A DNA stretch of 63,437 nucleotides, the filler included, from Craspedostauros australis (lineage: Eukaryota), in the NCBI GenBank assembly GCA_030167865.1. It is 12 parts of 12 records of this genome, joined end to end, with 100 filler letters (N's around TTAATTAATTAA, not from the genome) between each part and the next. Parts side by side here need not be neighbours in the genome. Positions count along the whole stretch, not along the records: positions 1 to 16,446 come from JALAGF010000479.1; positions 16,547 to 32,854 come from JALAGF010000487.1; 10 more parts are not named here. One strand, given 5' to 3'. The notes beneath the pieces were generated by a model. That model was not told where the DNA came from and searched no databases. It saw nothing but the letters and a program-made list of their open reading frames with translations. Of this stretch, positions 11,510 to 22,516 are shown in pieces (within the stretch, counting starts at the first letter, position 1; the number at the start of each line of letters is the position of its first letter). A program made the position numbers and the translations under genes.

Positions 11510-14500
11510 ATGCAAGCACCACAAAAGCCCAAGAGGCAGGACACCATCCGGGTGGTGTTTCAGAATGTTTCCCAGATTCCCTTAAAAAGGTACCAGGAGA
11601 AAAACAAAGCCCTGTTCGACTTCGTTCACCAGGAAGCAGTCGACGTCTTTGCGATGGCGGAAACCAACATCCGCTGGGACAATGTGGCATCGGCCGACCA
11701 ATGGAAGGAGAGATTGCCAGGCCCGCTCCGCAGAGAAAAGTCCATCTTTGCGCACAACACCCATGAACAATCCCTGGGAGCGCGTCAATATGGGGGAACA
11801 GCAGTATCCGCGTACAATGAGTTGTCCCATCGCGTCTACGGGCGCGAAGCCGACCCCTCAGGCATGGGACGATGGACCTCCCTCTCCTTCGAAGGCAAAC
11901 AAGGCAAGCGCCTCCGAGTCGTATCAGCGTACAGACCATGCAGGTCCGAACAAGGCGACCTCACAGTTTGGGCCCAACACTCCAGGGTCCTTCAGGCAGC
12001 AGGACGCGACTCCGATCCTCTTCAGGCTTGGCAAGACGACCTGGACCAGGATATCCAGCGCTGGAAGGAAGCTGGGGAGATCATAGCCATCGGAGTGGAC
12101 GTCAACGACGATACAGTGGACGGCCCTACAGCCCAAGCTATGTCCAATATGGGCATGCCCAACGCCCTGTGGTCCCTGATGGGCGACGACGCCCGAACCG
12201 CCACCCAACAACGCAACCAGAAAGGAGTGCCCATCGACGCGTTTTTCCTCTCGTCGGGAGTCCACATAGTTGACGGGGGATATTACGACTTCGGCGAAGC
12301 CGCCCCCTCCGATCACAAGGCGCTCTGGCTGGATCTGGACTTTCACGAAGTCCTTGGCCACGGCACCAGGCCCATCCCATCCCGACTACCCAGAAGGCTA
12401 CAACTCCAAAACCCCACCGTCGTGAAGCGATACAACGACGCGCTTCTCGAAGAATACGCCAAGCACGGCATCCAGCGCCGTGCCGAGGCTTTGTTCCACG
12501 CCGCGGCCACTCAGGGGTGGGAGCTCAACTCCACCCAAACCGCCAAGCTTGACCGGCTGATTTCGCAAACCCACGAAATCAAGCGTAAAGCCGAGCGAGG
12601 GTGCCGCAAGCTCCGCATGGGCGACATCGAATGGTCTCCAGCTATCAAGCAGGCCCGCCTTAACATCAGGTTCTGGACCATGGAAGTAAAGGCCATCATG
12701 AAGCTACACGTCAGCTCCTCTCTACGGAAGCGGCTGCGCAAAGCCACAGGCCTGACCCCTACGGACTCACTGGACTCAGCCATCGAGCGACGTTCCCAGG
12801 CATACAAGAAGTATTACGAGGTGAAGAAGCAGCAACATTCCCTCAGACAAGACTACCTGGTCGAATTGGCCCAGGCCAAGCAACAGCAAGGCGTGCTAGA
12901 AGCCGACAGCGCCCTGCGCCAACTACAGAACAGGGAAGCGCAAAGGAGTGAGGCTCGCCGCCTACGAAGGGTCTTCGGAGCCGAAAACTCTCTGACCACC
13001 AAAGTCCTTTTCACGGATGACACAGGCGTGGTCCATGAGTGCACGGAGCCCGCGGAAATTGCGGCAGCCTGCATTCGCGAAAATCGGCGACGATTCTCTC
13101 AGGCCGAGGCGGCCCCTTGCCTGGTCCGCCCAGGTCGCGGCTTCTTGGACAAGATCTGGTCCGCGGAGACGTCCGGACAGGTTCTCCGCGGGGAGCTTCC
13201 CTTTCCCGATGACATGGACGACCATCTGGTTGCCCTATTGCGAGCACTCCAACCCCTTCCCCATAACCCCGATCTCCTGTCAGTCGACGATCACCAAGAA
13301 GCATGGAGAAAGCAGACGGAGAGGGTCAACTCCGAGCCATCTACCCCACACTTCGGGCACTACAAGGCGGCGGCACTGAATCCCGCCTTGGCAGCAGTGG
13401 ACATGCAGCTCAGGGAGATCCCCTACCAGTGTGCCATTGCTCCACTCGCTTGGCACAGGGTGACCGACGTGCAGATCCTGAAAAAGGCGAAAGTGTACAA
13501 CATCGAAAAAATGCGCACCATCCAGCTCATGGACGCCCAGTTCAACATGAACAACAAGCGTCTCGGGCGCGACATGATGGCGGCCGCGGAATCGAACCGC
13601 TGGCTGTCGGAGTATCAGTTTGGCAGCCGAAAGGGCATGTCAGCGATCGTAGCCGCTCTCAACAAGCGGCTCTCGCTCGATATTGCCTTTCAGAAGAAGG
13701 CCCCGGTGTTCTTTTGCTCCAATGACGCCAAGTCCTGTTACGACAGAATCGTACCAAACTTCGCCGCTGCAGCCATGATGGCGGCAGGGGCAAACCCCGG
13801 AGCGGTACGCAGCATGTTCGCCACGCTGGGCCAGGCCGAGCACCACGTCAGCACGGCTTATGGGGTGTCTTCCGCCAGCTACGTCAAGGACCACCAGTGT
13901 CTTATGCATGGCATCGGGCAAGGCAATGGTGCAGGCCCCGCCATATGGGCAGTGATTAGCTCCGTTATGTTCAAGGCCATGCAGGCGCAAGGACATGAGT
14001 CTACGTTTCACGCACCCCTCGGGCCCAACTCCGTCAAGGTGCTGGGCTCCGCTTTTGTCGATGACACCGACCTGATCCGCATCTCCAAAGCCGACGAGAC
14101 TCCTCAGCACGGCTTCCAGCGGTTCCAAAGCATGATCGAAGCGTGGAATGGACTTCTCGCGGCCACAGGCGGCGCCATCGTCCCGGCCAAGTCGGCATGG
14201 TGGGCAGTCCGCTTTTCCTTTGCGTCTGGTCAATGGTGGACTGAGGACTCTCACGAAGAGTCACTCGTCAGCATTCAGGGCGGGCGAAGCAGTCCAGCTA
14301 CCATTCCGAGGAAGCGCCACACTGAACCAGTCGAAACGCTGGGGGTGTCCATTCCGCTCGACGGCAGAAACGACGCGCAAGTCGCCGCCCTTCGTCAAAA
14401 GTCGGAGTCATTCGCGACCAAACTCCGGTCCTCCCAGGTATCCCCTGGCGAGGCGCGCACCGCTCTGGTCCTACGCTTCATGAAGTCAGTGGAGTACGTT

Positions 14501-16446
14501 ATGGCCGCGGTACAGCTGACGCCCGACCAGTGGAAGCACATCATGGCCCCTGCCCTGCAAGCCGCCCTCCCCAAGATGAAGGTCATGCGAACATTTCCGA
14601 GGGTAGTCCTCTACGCTCCCGTCTCCGACGGCGGCCTTGGAATTCCAGACCCATGGAGGCGACAGGTGGTTCGACAGGTGCAGGCAATGTTCCTGGAGGT
14701 CCACGCGGCAACCCCGACTGGCAAGTTGATCGAGCACTCGATCGAGGCGCTTAAGGATGAGGTTGGGGTAACGGGTTCCCTCTTCGATCAACCCCACCAC
14801 CTGCTCAAAGACGCCCTCACCCCCTGCTGGGTATCCATTCTTTGGGGCGACATACAGGAGGCAGGCTTTCACATCAAGGAGACCACCCACTCTTTCGTTC
14901 CGCAGCGTCAAGGAGACCGTGCTCTGACAGAGCTCGCCCTAGACCTGGGGTACCACGGACACCGACTCAGGCACGTCAACATGTGCCGGTTGTCCCTTGG
15001 CGCGGTATTTGTCTCAGACATCGCGACGGCATGCGGGTCCCGCATCACCCCTGAAGCTAACTCAGGGCACGAGTCGTCCACAATCCGGCGGTCCTGGCCG
15101 ATCCTGCCCCCTCGCCTGCCTGCTAGCTGGTGGGCCGAATGGCGGAAGTTTTGCGCCCTGCTCGCCCAACCTAACGGATCTCTGGCCCTCCCTCTTGGAC
15201 CATGGCACTTCGACGAACATAGGTGGAGATGGTGGCATGACCCACTCACGGATTCAATCTTCGAGTTGACCGAGTCCTCGTCTATCGTCTATGCTCGCGC
15301 AAGAAGCCGGCAACACACACGCCGCGCGCGTTACGACCCCACGTCCACCGCGTCGCCAATCCCTACGGGTGCCGTGCGAGTCTCAGTGGTCCGGCACGCT
15401 CGGTACATCACTTGGGACGGAGCCCAAGGGGACCAAGTCTCGCAGCGGGACGTCCCACACCACGAGCCAGAACGGTTCGCGTACATCCAGAGCGCGGAAG
15501 GCGATCTCTCACCACAGGACGCGCATCTCGCGGCAACCGAGGGCACGCTAGTGGCGGTGAGCGACGGTTCCTACAAAGACGGTCGAGGTACATCAGCCTC
15601 CATCATCTATGACACACGCACTCAGAAGTCGGTCTCGGTGTTGGCGACGGTCCCAGGCGTTACACACATGCAAAGCTCCTACCGAAGTGAGCTCATGGGC
15701 GTGCTGGCCTCCCTCATCTACGTGTTCCTGCTGGAGCAGGATCACAACATGTCGATCCCCGCCATCACCCTTGCGCTCGACGGGAAACAGGCGCTCAACC
15801 GTGCCAGAGACGGTTCTCCTCGTCCCGTACATCGCGACTGGGATATCCTGTCGGAAATCGAGCACGTCAAGTCTCTGCTTCAGTGTTCTCTTCAGTGGAG
15901 ATGGGTTAAAGGCCACCAGGACGGCCCATTGTCGTCTCTGGACATCTGGGCCCGGCTCAACATCCGCGCGGATAGTGAGGCCAAGCGTCACTGGGAGGCG
16001 GTGTCTTCTCAGCCGATCATCGACAAGTGGGTTATGTCAGCCCCTGTCTGGAGGATTGGCTGGTTGGGGGCCCCCTACTCCCACATCGACTCCGAGGCCA
16101 TGGAGGCAGTGGTGCAGAAGGAGGACATCTCCGAATACTGGCGCAATAAACATGGCTGGAGCGTTGACGAGTACGCCGCGGTTGATTGGCAGTCGTATTC
16201 CAGGGCCCGCACATCGAGGGCGGCACGCGACAGCGTCCGATTTGTCTCGAAGCTCTCTACAGGGTTCATGGCGGTGGGCCGCAAAATGCAACAAGTGGGG
16301 CAGCAGGAGCACTCAACTTGCCCCAGCTGTCGCCAGGAAGAAACGGTGGAGCATCTCCTCACCTGTGGTGGGCATGAGGAGGCATGGGAGGAGGCGGTGG
16401 AGGAATTACTGGATTACATGTCAGTGGTAGGCACAAATCCCGTAGT
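11510..16446 (+). CDS. ORF2 polyprotein: APE endonuclease, reverse transcriptase, RNase H, C-terminal Zn knuckle (partial)
   Basis: APE: IRVVFQNV, AMAETN, VSAYRP, GVDVN, PSDH. RT: SNDAKSCYDRI, GIGQGNGAGP, AFVDDTD. RNase H: VSDGSY, RSELMG, LDGKQA, WVKGHQD, NIRAD. Knuckle: CPSC..ETVEHLLTC. First ATG at 11510; the frame is open from 11033. Confidence 0.93.
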
Positions 16447-16546
16447 NNNNNNNNNNNNNNNNNNNNNNNNNNNNNNNNNNNNNNNNNNNNTTAATTAATT
16501 AANNNNNNNNNNNNNNNNNNNNNNNNNNNNNNNNNNNNNNNNNNNN
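16447..16546. other. Artificial contig spacer (six-frame stop linker); identical spacers at 32855, 44036, 47197, 49856, 52010, 53487, 54959, 57742, 60079 and 61823
   Basis: Each spacer is 44 N + TTAATTAATTAA + 44 N = 100 bp. Confidence 0.97.
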
Positions 16547-16858
16547 GGACTTGTTCTGCCAACCAAGACGACAGTGCGCTTTCCGGACCACCGCAGCAAA
16601 GTGTGACGAGAATGAGCAACACCAAAACACCGCCGCAGCGAGGAAATCCCATCTCCACACACGCCACAATGCGGGACTCAGAAATGATCGTTTGCTCTCG
16701 TGAACCAACTCGGCATTCTTGTAGTAGTCGTATGAGTCGAACATCTCGAATCGAGTGCGCTCCATCACGTGTGGCGAACTGGCAACTGGCAGTTTCTTGT
16801 CATTTGTGAACAGACTCCGACACAAAAAACGCGATTTTCTCTTTTTCCGACAACTCCC
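16547..16858. repeat. 312-bp dispersed repeat, copy 1 (possible DNA-transposon terminus)
   Basis: Matches 32955-33266 from the contig start to ...TTTTCCGACAACTCCC, after which the flanks diverge. Confidence 0.9.
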
Positions 16859-17045
16859 TGTTGGTTCTGTTTTGGATCCTCTTCTTGGGGTGCGATCGGG
16901 TGAAAGGGACGGGGATGAGCGCGCATAGAAAAGGAGGAAGAGAAAGGGTAAGGCACAGCTCATCTGGCAGATTGCAAGCAGAGATACAATTTATTACAGA
17001 GTGTAAAAGACATTATACAACTCAGATCAGACGGCGCTTGACAAG

Positions 17046-18539
17046 ATGAGAGACATCCACGTTGGCACTCCACGGATCTTTGCTCCCGAGGAGTCCTTCT
17101 GCATTCATTTCCACCGCTTCAGCTCGTTGAAACACTACCCTGGCGACGTCACCACTTCTCCTTCGTTCGAATGCAACGGATTTCGCTGGTGCATTCGAAT
17201 CTACCCCGGTGGCAACGAAGGCTGGGCCGCGTCACGTGGATACGTGTCACTGTGCCTGAAGCTGGTGTCCGTGTGCGATGGCAATCCGCAGGCGTCGCGT
17301 CTCAACAATGCCGCAGCGGAGATCGCGGCTGCTCGGAGGGTCCGTGGGGCGTCGGCTCCGTTCGAAGTCGTGGGGGTGGACGACGAAGACAGCAGCAACG
17401 AGCGCAACCATCAGTCCGACATCATGGTCAACTTCTCCGTCCGACTGGATGGGCTCAGCATCGGATGGAGCGCCAAAACCTTGTTCGGCGTGGGCCGAAG
17501 CTGGGGCTGGAGCGAGGTCTGCCAACGCCAGACGATCCTGGACCACTGTGCCCATGCCACCAACGATCGCATTACAATCAACCTGACCATGCAAGTGGAA
17601 GTACCGGAGCTGGGCGTCGCTGCTGTTGCCAACAACATAGATTTGTCTCGCACCACCATGTTCCACGCGCACCAACCATGGATTCCGAAGCGTCCTACGC
17701 TGCAGGATGATATGAAGCGACTTTTTGCCTCCGCCGCTCGCGCGGATGTCAACTTCTTGGTGGGCCAGGAGCAGATCAGCATCATGGCGCACAAAAACAT
17801 TCTTCACATGCGCATTCCGGTTCTGTCGGGATACCTTCGAGATATTGATGGTGAATACGATGATGAAGCGACGCCTGGAGCAACAAGTGTTGGGCCTGGA
17901 ATTACCACCGTTCCTCTGCTCGACGTCGACCCGGCAAACTTCAAGCGGCTTCTACTGTACGCCTACACGGACAGCACCAAGTTCAGCAATGATGAAGACG
18001 ATGGTGCGAATGGAAGCGATGGCGAGCTCGATCCCGATGTCAGAACCCAAGAGATGCTCAAGATAGCCAACCAGTTTGGCTGCTGGCAGCTGAAGGTGAA
18101 GATGGAGGCGGAGATCATCCAGCATCAGCTTGACGACGCGACGGCGTTGCATCTGCTGCTGCTCGCCGAGGCCAATTGCTGCGCCATGCTGAAGGAGGCT
18201 GCGCTGGATGTCATCGTCGGAAATTTGCGTTTGCACAGGGCTCATGACGATTGGACAAACGTCGCGGAGTCTGCGACGCTAATGGAAGCAATCGCAGCCA
18301 AACTGGCGGGAGTCGCCATGGATGGCGTGGATGATGGGTATTCCCATATGTCATCGGCGCTCCTGTACGCGGAACTCGAAGAGAGGGGCGAGGAGATCGC
18401 TTCCGATGGAACCCGACAGATGCTGCTGGGGCGGTTGCGATCTCTGGATGCTGCAGCGGACGGGGAACCCGACCAGCCCGATGGATCGAACCAAGCTGAC
18501 GAGGAGGATGACGAAGCAATCTCAGATTTTGTGTTTTGA
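17046..18539 (+). CDS. MATH + BTB/POZ domain protein (SPOP/BPM-like CUL3 adaptor)
   Basis: MATH: SPSFECNGFRWCIRIYPGG, YVSLCL, SWGWSE. BTB: ADVNFLVG..IMAHKNIL, FKRLLLYAYTD, ANQFGCWQLK. Followed by BACK-like helices and a SAP-like tail. Confidence 0.92.
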   Translation: MRDIHVGTPRIFAPEESFCIHFHRFSSLKHYPGDVTTSPSFECNGFRWCIRIYPGGNEGWAASRGYVSLCLKLVSVCDGNPQASRLNNAAAEIAAARRVRGASAPFEVVGVDDEDSSNERNHQSDIMVNFSVRLDGLSIGWSAKTLFGVGRSWGWSEVCQRQTILDHCAHATNDRITINLTMQVEVPELGVAAVANNIDLSRTTMFHAHQPWIPKRPTLQDDMKRLFASAARADVNFLVGQEQISIMAHKNILHMRIPVLSGYLRDIDGEYDDEATPGATSVGPGITTVPLLDVDPANFKRLLLYAYTDSTKFSNDEDDGANGSDGELDPDVRTQEMLKIANQFGCWQLKVKMEAEIIQHQLDDATALHLLLLAEANCCAMLKEAALDVIVGNLRLHRAHDDWTNVAESATLMEAIAAKLAGVAMDGVDDGYSHMSSALLYAELEERGEEIASDGTRQMLLGRLRSLDAAADGEPDQPDGSNQADEEDDEAISDFVF

Positions 18540-18807
18540 AAGATGCAGAAGAGTCAGGATTCCAAACCACACACTGGTACTCTCTGGTACAACTATCCTC
18601 CTCCTCTTTCGCTCTCTGGAGAAGCAGTTATGTGCCTCCGATGAAAGGAAGTGTAGGGTGAGTAGAGTGAATCGATTGTCGACTCCCAACACAAACGAAG
18701 TGGTCGAATAGTATCACTACTTACATATCCGGACTATTGTAGTGCTCGGACACACGTCTTCTACTTCAGCTTTGGTGTTTGCAACTGTTGCCCTAGTGTT
18801 GCTACTA

Positions 18808-20712
18808 CTATTCACGTTCCATCACGTAAATGGCTGGCGCAGTGTCGATCCTTAGCTGGCGCGGATTGAGACGAGGGTTGCCTGGAATTGTGTCGATGAT
18901 CGTGAATCCGTCCAGCTGGCTCGTCTCCGTGAGAATGTGCGTGACATCGTCGAGGAAGGGCAATTGATTCTCTGCTTCGTATCCACCCTTGTCGAATTGC
19001 ACAGCCGATACGGATGCTACGTATTGCACAGATCGCTGTCCGAAGAGTGAAACACCTGACATTGCGGAAGCGACGTCGATGTACACCTTGATCGTCTGCT
19101 GTTGTTGTTGTCGTTGTCGCTGATGTTGCAGATGAGTGGAGAGACGCATCAGTGCTTCACCGCCAGGATAATTCTGCTGCGAGACGGCCACAAAGAGCAA
19201 GCTCCCCAGCAAGGTCGTCCCCAAACAGAAGAGAATCACGCCCAAATACAAAATCCACCATAACTTGCGCCGGCGTGCATCCACTGCGTGAAGCATGGTG
19301 GGACGCAGTTTGGACAATCCGACCGCGGCGATCATGTTGAAGATGGGAAATGCCGGAAAGAGGAATCGCAGTTCCTTGTGTCCCAGGAAGGAGTAGAGGA
19401 AGATGAATCCCATGACAGGGAGGAGGTACTCCAACCAGGCCAAATCCAGATAGGTAGCTGAAGCCTGCGCATGCATATTAGTATGCGCACGCGAGACGAA
19501 TAGTTTGGATACGTTGATGAATGCGAAGGGTATGAGGAAGATGGTGCAGAGCATGGCCTTTGGGATGGCGGATGTGACGTACCAGTGCCAGGGCGAGGTG
19601 CCCCAGTTGCTGGACTTTCCAAGGATGGTGTTGTAGTAGAAGACCTGCCCCTCTGGCCACAGCGGCCGTTGCCACAGGATGCTGTCGAGAGGACACGTAA
19701 GCGCCAAGCTGAGGATGCCCGTGACGACGCCGATCCGAAGGGCCTGCAGGATACCCAGGTCACGACATAGGAGCCACGATATCCCCATAGCGAACAGCAG
19801 GAGGAGCATGTCGCATCGGAAGACGGCGGTTCCAAATACGATGGCGGCTGCGGCTTTGGGAACGACCCGTGCTGCTGCTGTTGTTGCTGCGGAAGAAGAC
19901 GAAGAGGTTGGTGATGTTGTTGATGAAGAGTAGGCGTGCTTCTGGATCCAGAATGCGACAGCGTGAAGAACAACCACGAGTGCGAATGTGTTGGGCAACA
20001 TGCGGCTGGCGTAGAAACACAGATGGAATTGACATGCCGTGATGAGGAGCAGAAAGTGCCCTGCGTAGGATCTGGAGGGAGGTGGCTGTGTCGATGCCGA
20101 CGATGATGATGATGTTGGGGCGGCGATTGTGACACCCGTGGAAGCGTTCAAGGCCGTCGAAAGATGATACCAGCCATGCAAAGCGAAGCATGCCAGGCTG
20201 AGCCTCGCCAGGAATTGCACCAGCATGGGATCGAGCGCAATATCACCGTAGATCGGGAGCAGGACCCATCGCAGCATGGTGCAGCACAGCGCCAAGATGC
20301 TGGGACCTGCAAAAGTGCGTGGTACCACTCCAGGAAATTGCCAGTGATCGTAGACCGCATCAGAAACGTCGCCGTTGGAACCGAGGAGCCTTGAGATGGC
20401 AGGCCCGACGCCATGATAGAAGAGATCATGGGTCGCCTGCAGCTGGAAGCTCTCTTCCACTTTGGAGTGCGGACAGACGTACAGATCAAAGAGGATCCGC
20501 AGCGCCAGCACAGAGAATGCGATCCAGTAGAGCACTTCGGCTTGTTGTTGCTGCTGCTTCTGTTTCTGATTGGCTATTGATGCGGGAGTTGCCGCATCTG
20601 TTGTTGCACCTGCACCTGCAGTTGCGCCTGTGCTTGTGGATGTGGTGGCACCTGAAGCATCAGTTCCTGATGTCGCCTTGCTGCCTTGCTTTCTGTTCCG
20701 TAGCATGGACAT
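18808..20712 (-). CDS. ALG12: Dol-P-Man:Man7GlcNAc2-PP-Dol alpha-1,6-mannosyltransferase (GT22)
   Basis: Motifs PHSKVEESFQLQATHD, YDHWQFPGVVPRTF, SRMLPNTFAL, WGTSPWHWY, HKELRF and NYPGGEAL; multi-TM. Confidence 0.93.
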   Translation of the reverse strand: MSMLRNRKQGSKATSGTDASGATTSTSTGATAGAGATTDAATPASIANQKQKQQQQQAEVLYWIAFSVLALRILFDLYVCPHSKVEESFQLQATHDLFYHGVGPAISRLLGSNGDVSDAVYDHWQFPGVVPRTFAGPSILALCCTMLRWVLLPIYGDIALDPMLVQFLARLSLACFALHGWYHLSTALNASTGVTIAAPTSSSSSASTQPPPSRSYAGHFLLLITACQFHLCFYASRMLPNTFALVVVLHAVAFWIQKHAYSSSTTSPTSSSSSAATTAAARVVPKAAAAIVFGTAVFRCDMLLLLFAMGISWLLCRDLGILQALRIGVVTGILSLALTCPLDSILWQRPLWPEGQVFYYNTILGKSSNWGTSPWHWYVTSAIPKAMLCTIFLIPFAFINVSKLFVSRAHTNMHAQASATYLDLAWLEYLLPVMGFIFLYSFLGHKELRFLFPAFPIFNMIAAVGLSKLRPTMLHAVDARRRKLWWILYLGVILFCLGTTLLGSLLFVAVSQQNYPGGEALMRLSTHLQHQRQRQQQQQTIKVYIDVASAMSGVSLFGQRSVQYVASVSAVQFDKGGYEAENQLPFLDDVTHILTETSQLDGFTIIDTIPGNPRLNPRQLRIDTAPAIYVMERE

Positions 20713-21163
20713 ACTTGTAGTCCAGCTGCAGAGTAGTATATCCGCTTGTTGATACCTCCCTTGACGCTTCTCTGCTCCCTTTGAAGCAATTGAGGAGTCC
20801 TGGTGCGACCCGCAAAGTCACGCAATCCAACTAATGCACAAGGAATGTACAAGTGATACCTCCGTTGATGTGGAAGTGCACATGCATTTGGAGCTGAGAC
20901 GCCTTTGGCGCGAGCGTGTGCGTCGAGAAGGTGAATCGTGGATTCAGCATGACCGTGACTGACACAATTGGCGCCAAAAATCAACTGCGATTCTTGCGAT
21001 TGTTGATGTGTTGATGTGCGACTGACAAAGCTGCGCACACTTCTGCTCCTATCGTATAACACCATACAGACGACAACACTCAACAGAGAAGCTTCAACGA
21101 TAGATCTTTCATTGGCAATAAGAGCAGCTAGCTGATCCCATCTTGCAATCAAAATCAGTTGTC

Positions 21164-22414
21164 ATGAGCGACGCGGCCGTAGACAATGACAATGACAATG
21201 ACAATGACAATGACGTTGGCATTGACGTTGGCATTGATGACGATGATGACGAATCGCTTCAGCGCGCTCTGTCAGATCTGGAGATCCTGATGGCAGCCTA
21301 TCCTGATGAGGTGTCCATTCGGGGTTCCGCTCATGCAGATCTGTCGTCGTTGACGTTCCCAATACAGTTCACACTGAGGTTTCCGTCTTCTGTTGCCGCC
21401 AATGTGAACAGCACTAGCAGCAGCACCAACTGCAGCATAACCTTCGAACTGAACAAAGGATACCCTGCGCAATCTAGCGTCGCGGTCGCTTCCTTCCATT
21501 GCGCCAGCAGCTCCGAAAAGAAACGCATGGAGCTCACACTGGTGGCCGTTCGCCAGGCATCCGACGAATGCTTTCAGGATCAGATGGAGGGCAGCTTCAC
21601 GTGCTGTTCTGTGGCGTTGCAGGAATGGTCCGATCATCAGGAAGAATTCAACTGTGATGGTCATGACGACGACGGCACAGATCTTCATGCATCCGCTGCG
21701 GCAGCCGGAGGACAGAAGCAGCAAGAAGATGAGTTGACATTCCAATTCGCGTGGCACTCCGGACAACCCATCATCGATCGTAAATCCACGTTTCAGGCAC
21801 ACGCATGCTACGATATCACGCAAGAACGACATGTTGCCATGGCGTTGGATCAGCTCATCGGGACCAGCTCCAAATTGCAACGTGCGACGCACAACATTGT
21901 GAGTCAAGGGAGTTGGCTGCTTGTCGTCCCTGCATCTCTGTGGCGGATGTCGTATTCGTACACTGCAGTGCTTTGCTCTAAGCTCCACACTGCGTGCCGC
22001 TCTCTGTGTGTGTTCTACTCATGCTCATGCTCACACCCTCGCTCGCATTCACACTCACGCTCACGTTGTTGATTCCTTTGAATGCTACAAACACACAAAC
22101 ACCCACGCCCACATCTACGCTCACATCTACGCTCACATCCACGCCCACATGCTTGACAGTATGCTTGGCGCATCGTGGAAGAGAATACGAACGGAATGAA
22201 GATCCAGAAACACGACAACGAGGATGATGGAGAACATGGAGGCGGTTCCAAGCTGGCCTACCTCCTGGACATGCGACGGGAGCAGAACGTCCTCATCGTG
22301 GTGTCGAGGTGGTACGGCGGCATCCATCTGGGACCCAAACGCTTTGCGCACATCGTCAATGTGGCTCGCGATCTGCTGGCTGACACCAGCCCAAATGCAG
22401 ATAACAAGAGATAG
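21164..22414 (+). CDS. IMPACT: IMPACT/YIH1-like protein (RWD + UPF0029 domain); exons 21164-21898 and 22160-22414, 329 aa
   Basis: RWD (LEILMAAYP, KGYP), then DRKSTFQAH and ATHNI|YAWRI restored across a GTGAGT...ACAG intron, DDGEHGGG and VSRWYGGIHLGPKRF. Confidence 0.92.
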
Positions 22415-22516
22415 AGGCGATGTTGTGGATGCACCCTGCTCAACCCAAACATGATGCTGGTGGAAGATGGGAGGCGTGGGTGTTTTGTTGTTTGTTTTCG
22501 TTTTATTGTCATTTAT

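Larger units (their letters stand above)
8398..16446 (+). mobile_element. Non-LTR retrotransposon, two ORFs, Ambal-like (APE-RT-RNase H); 3' end truncated by contig end
   Basis: ORF1 (755 aa) plus ORF2 with APE, RT, RNase H and Cys/His knuckle motifs, and no LTR or integrase. The 5' boundary is approximate, placed after the A8 run at 8390-8397. The clade assignment rests on architecture and host type, not on an alignment. Confidence 0.88.
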
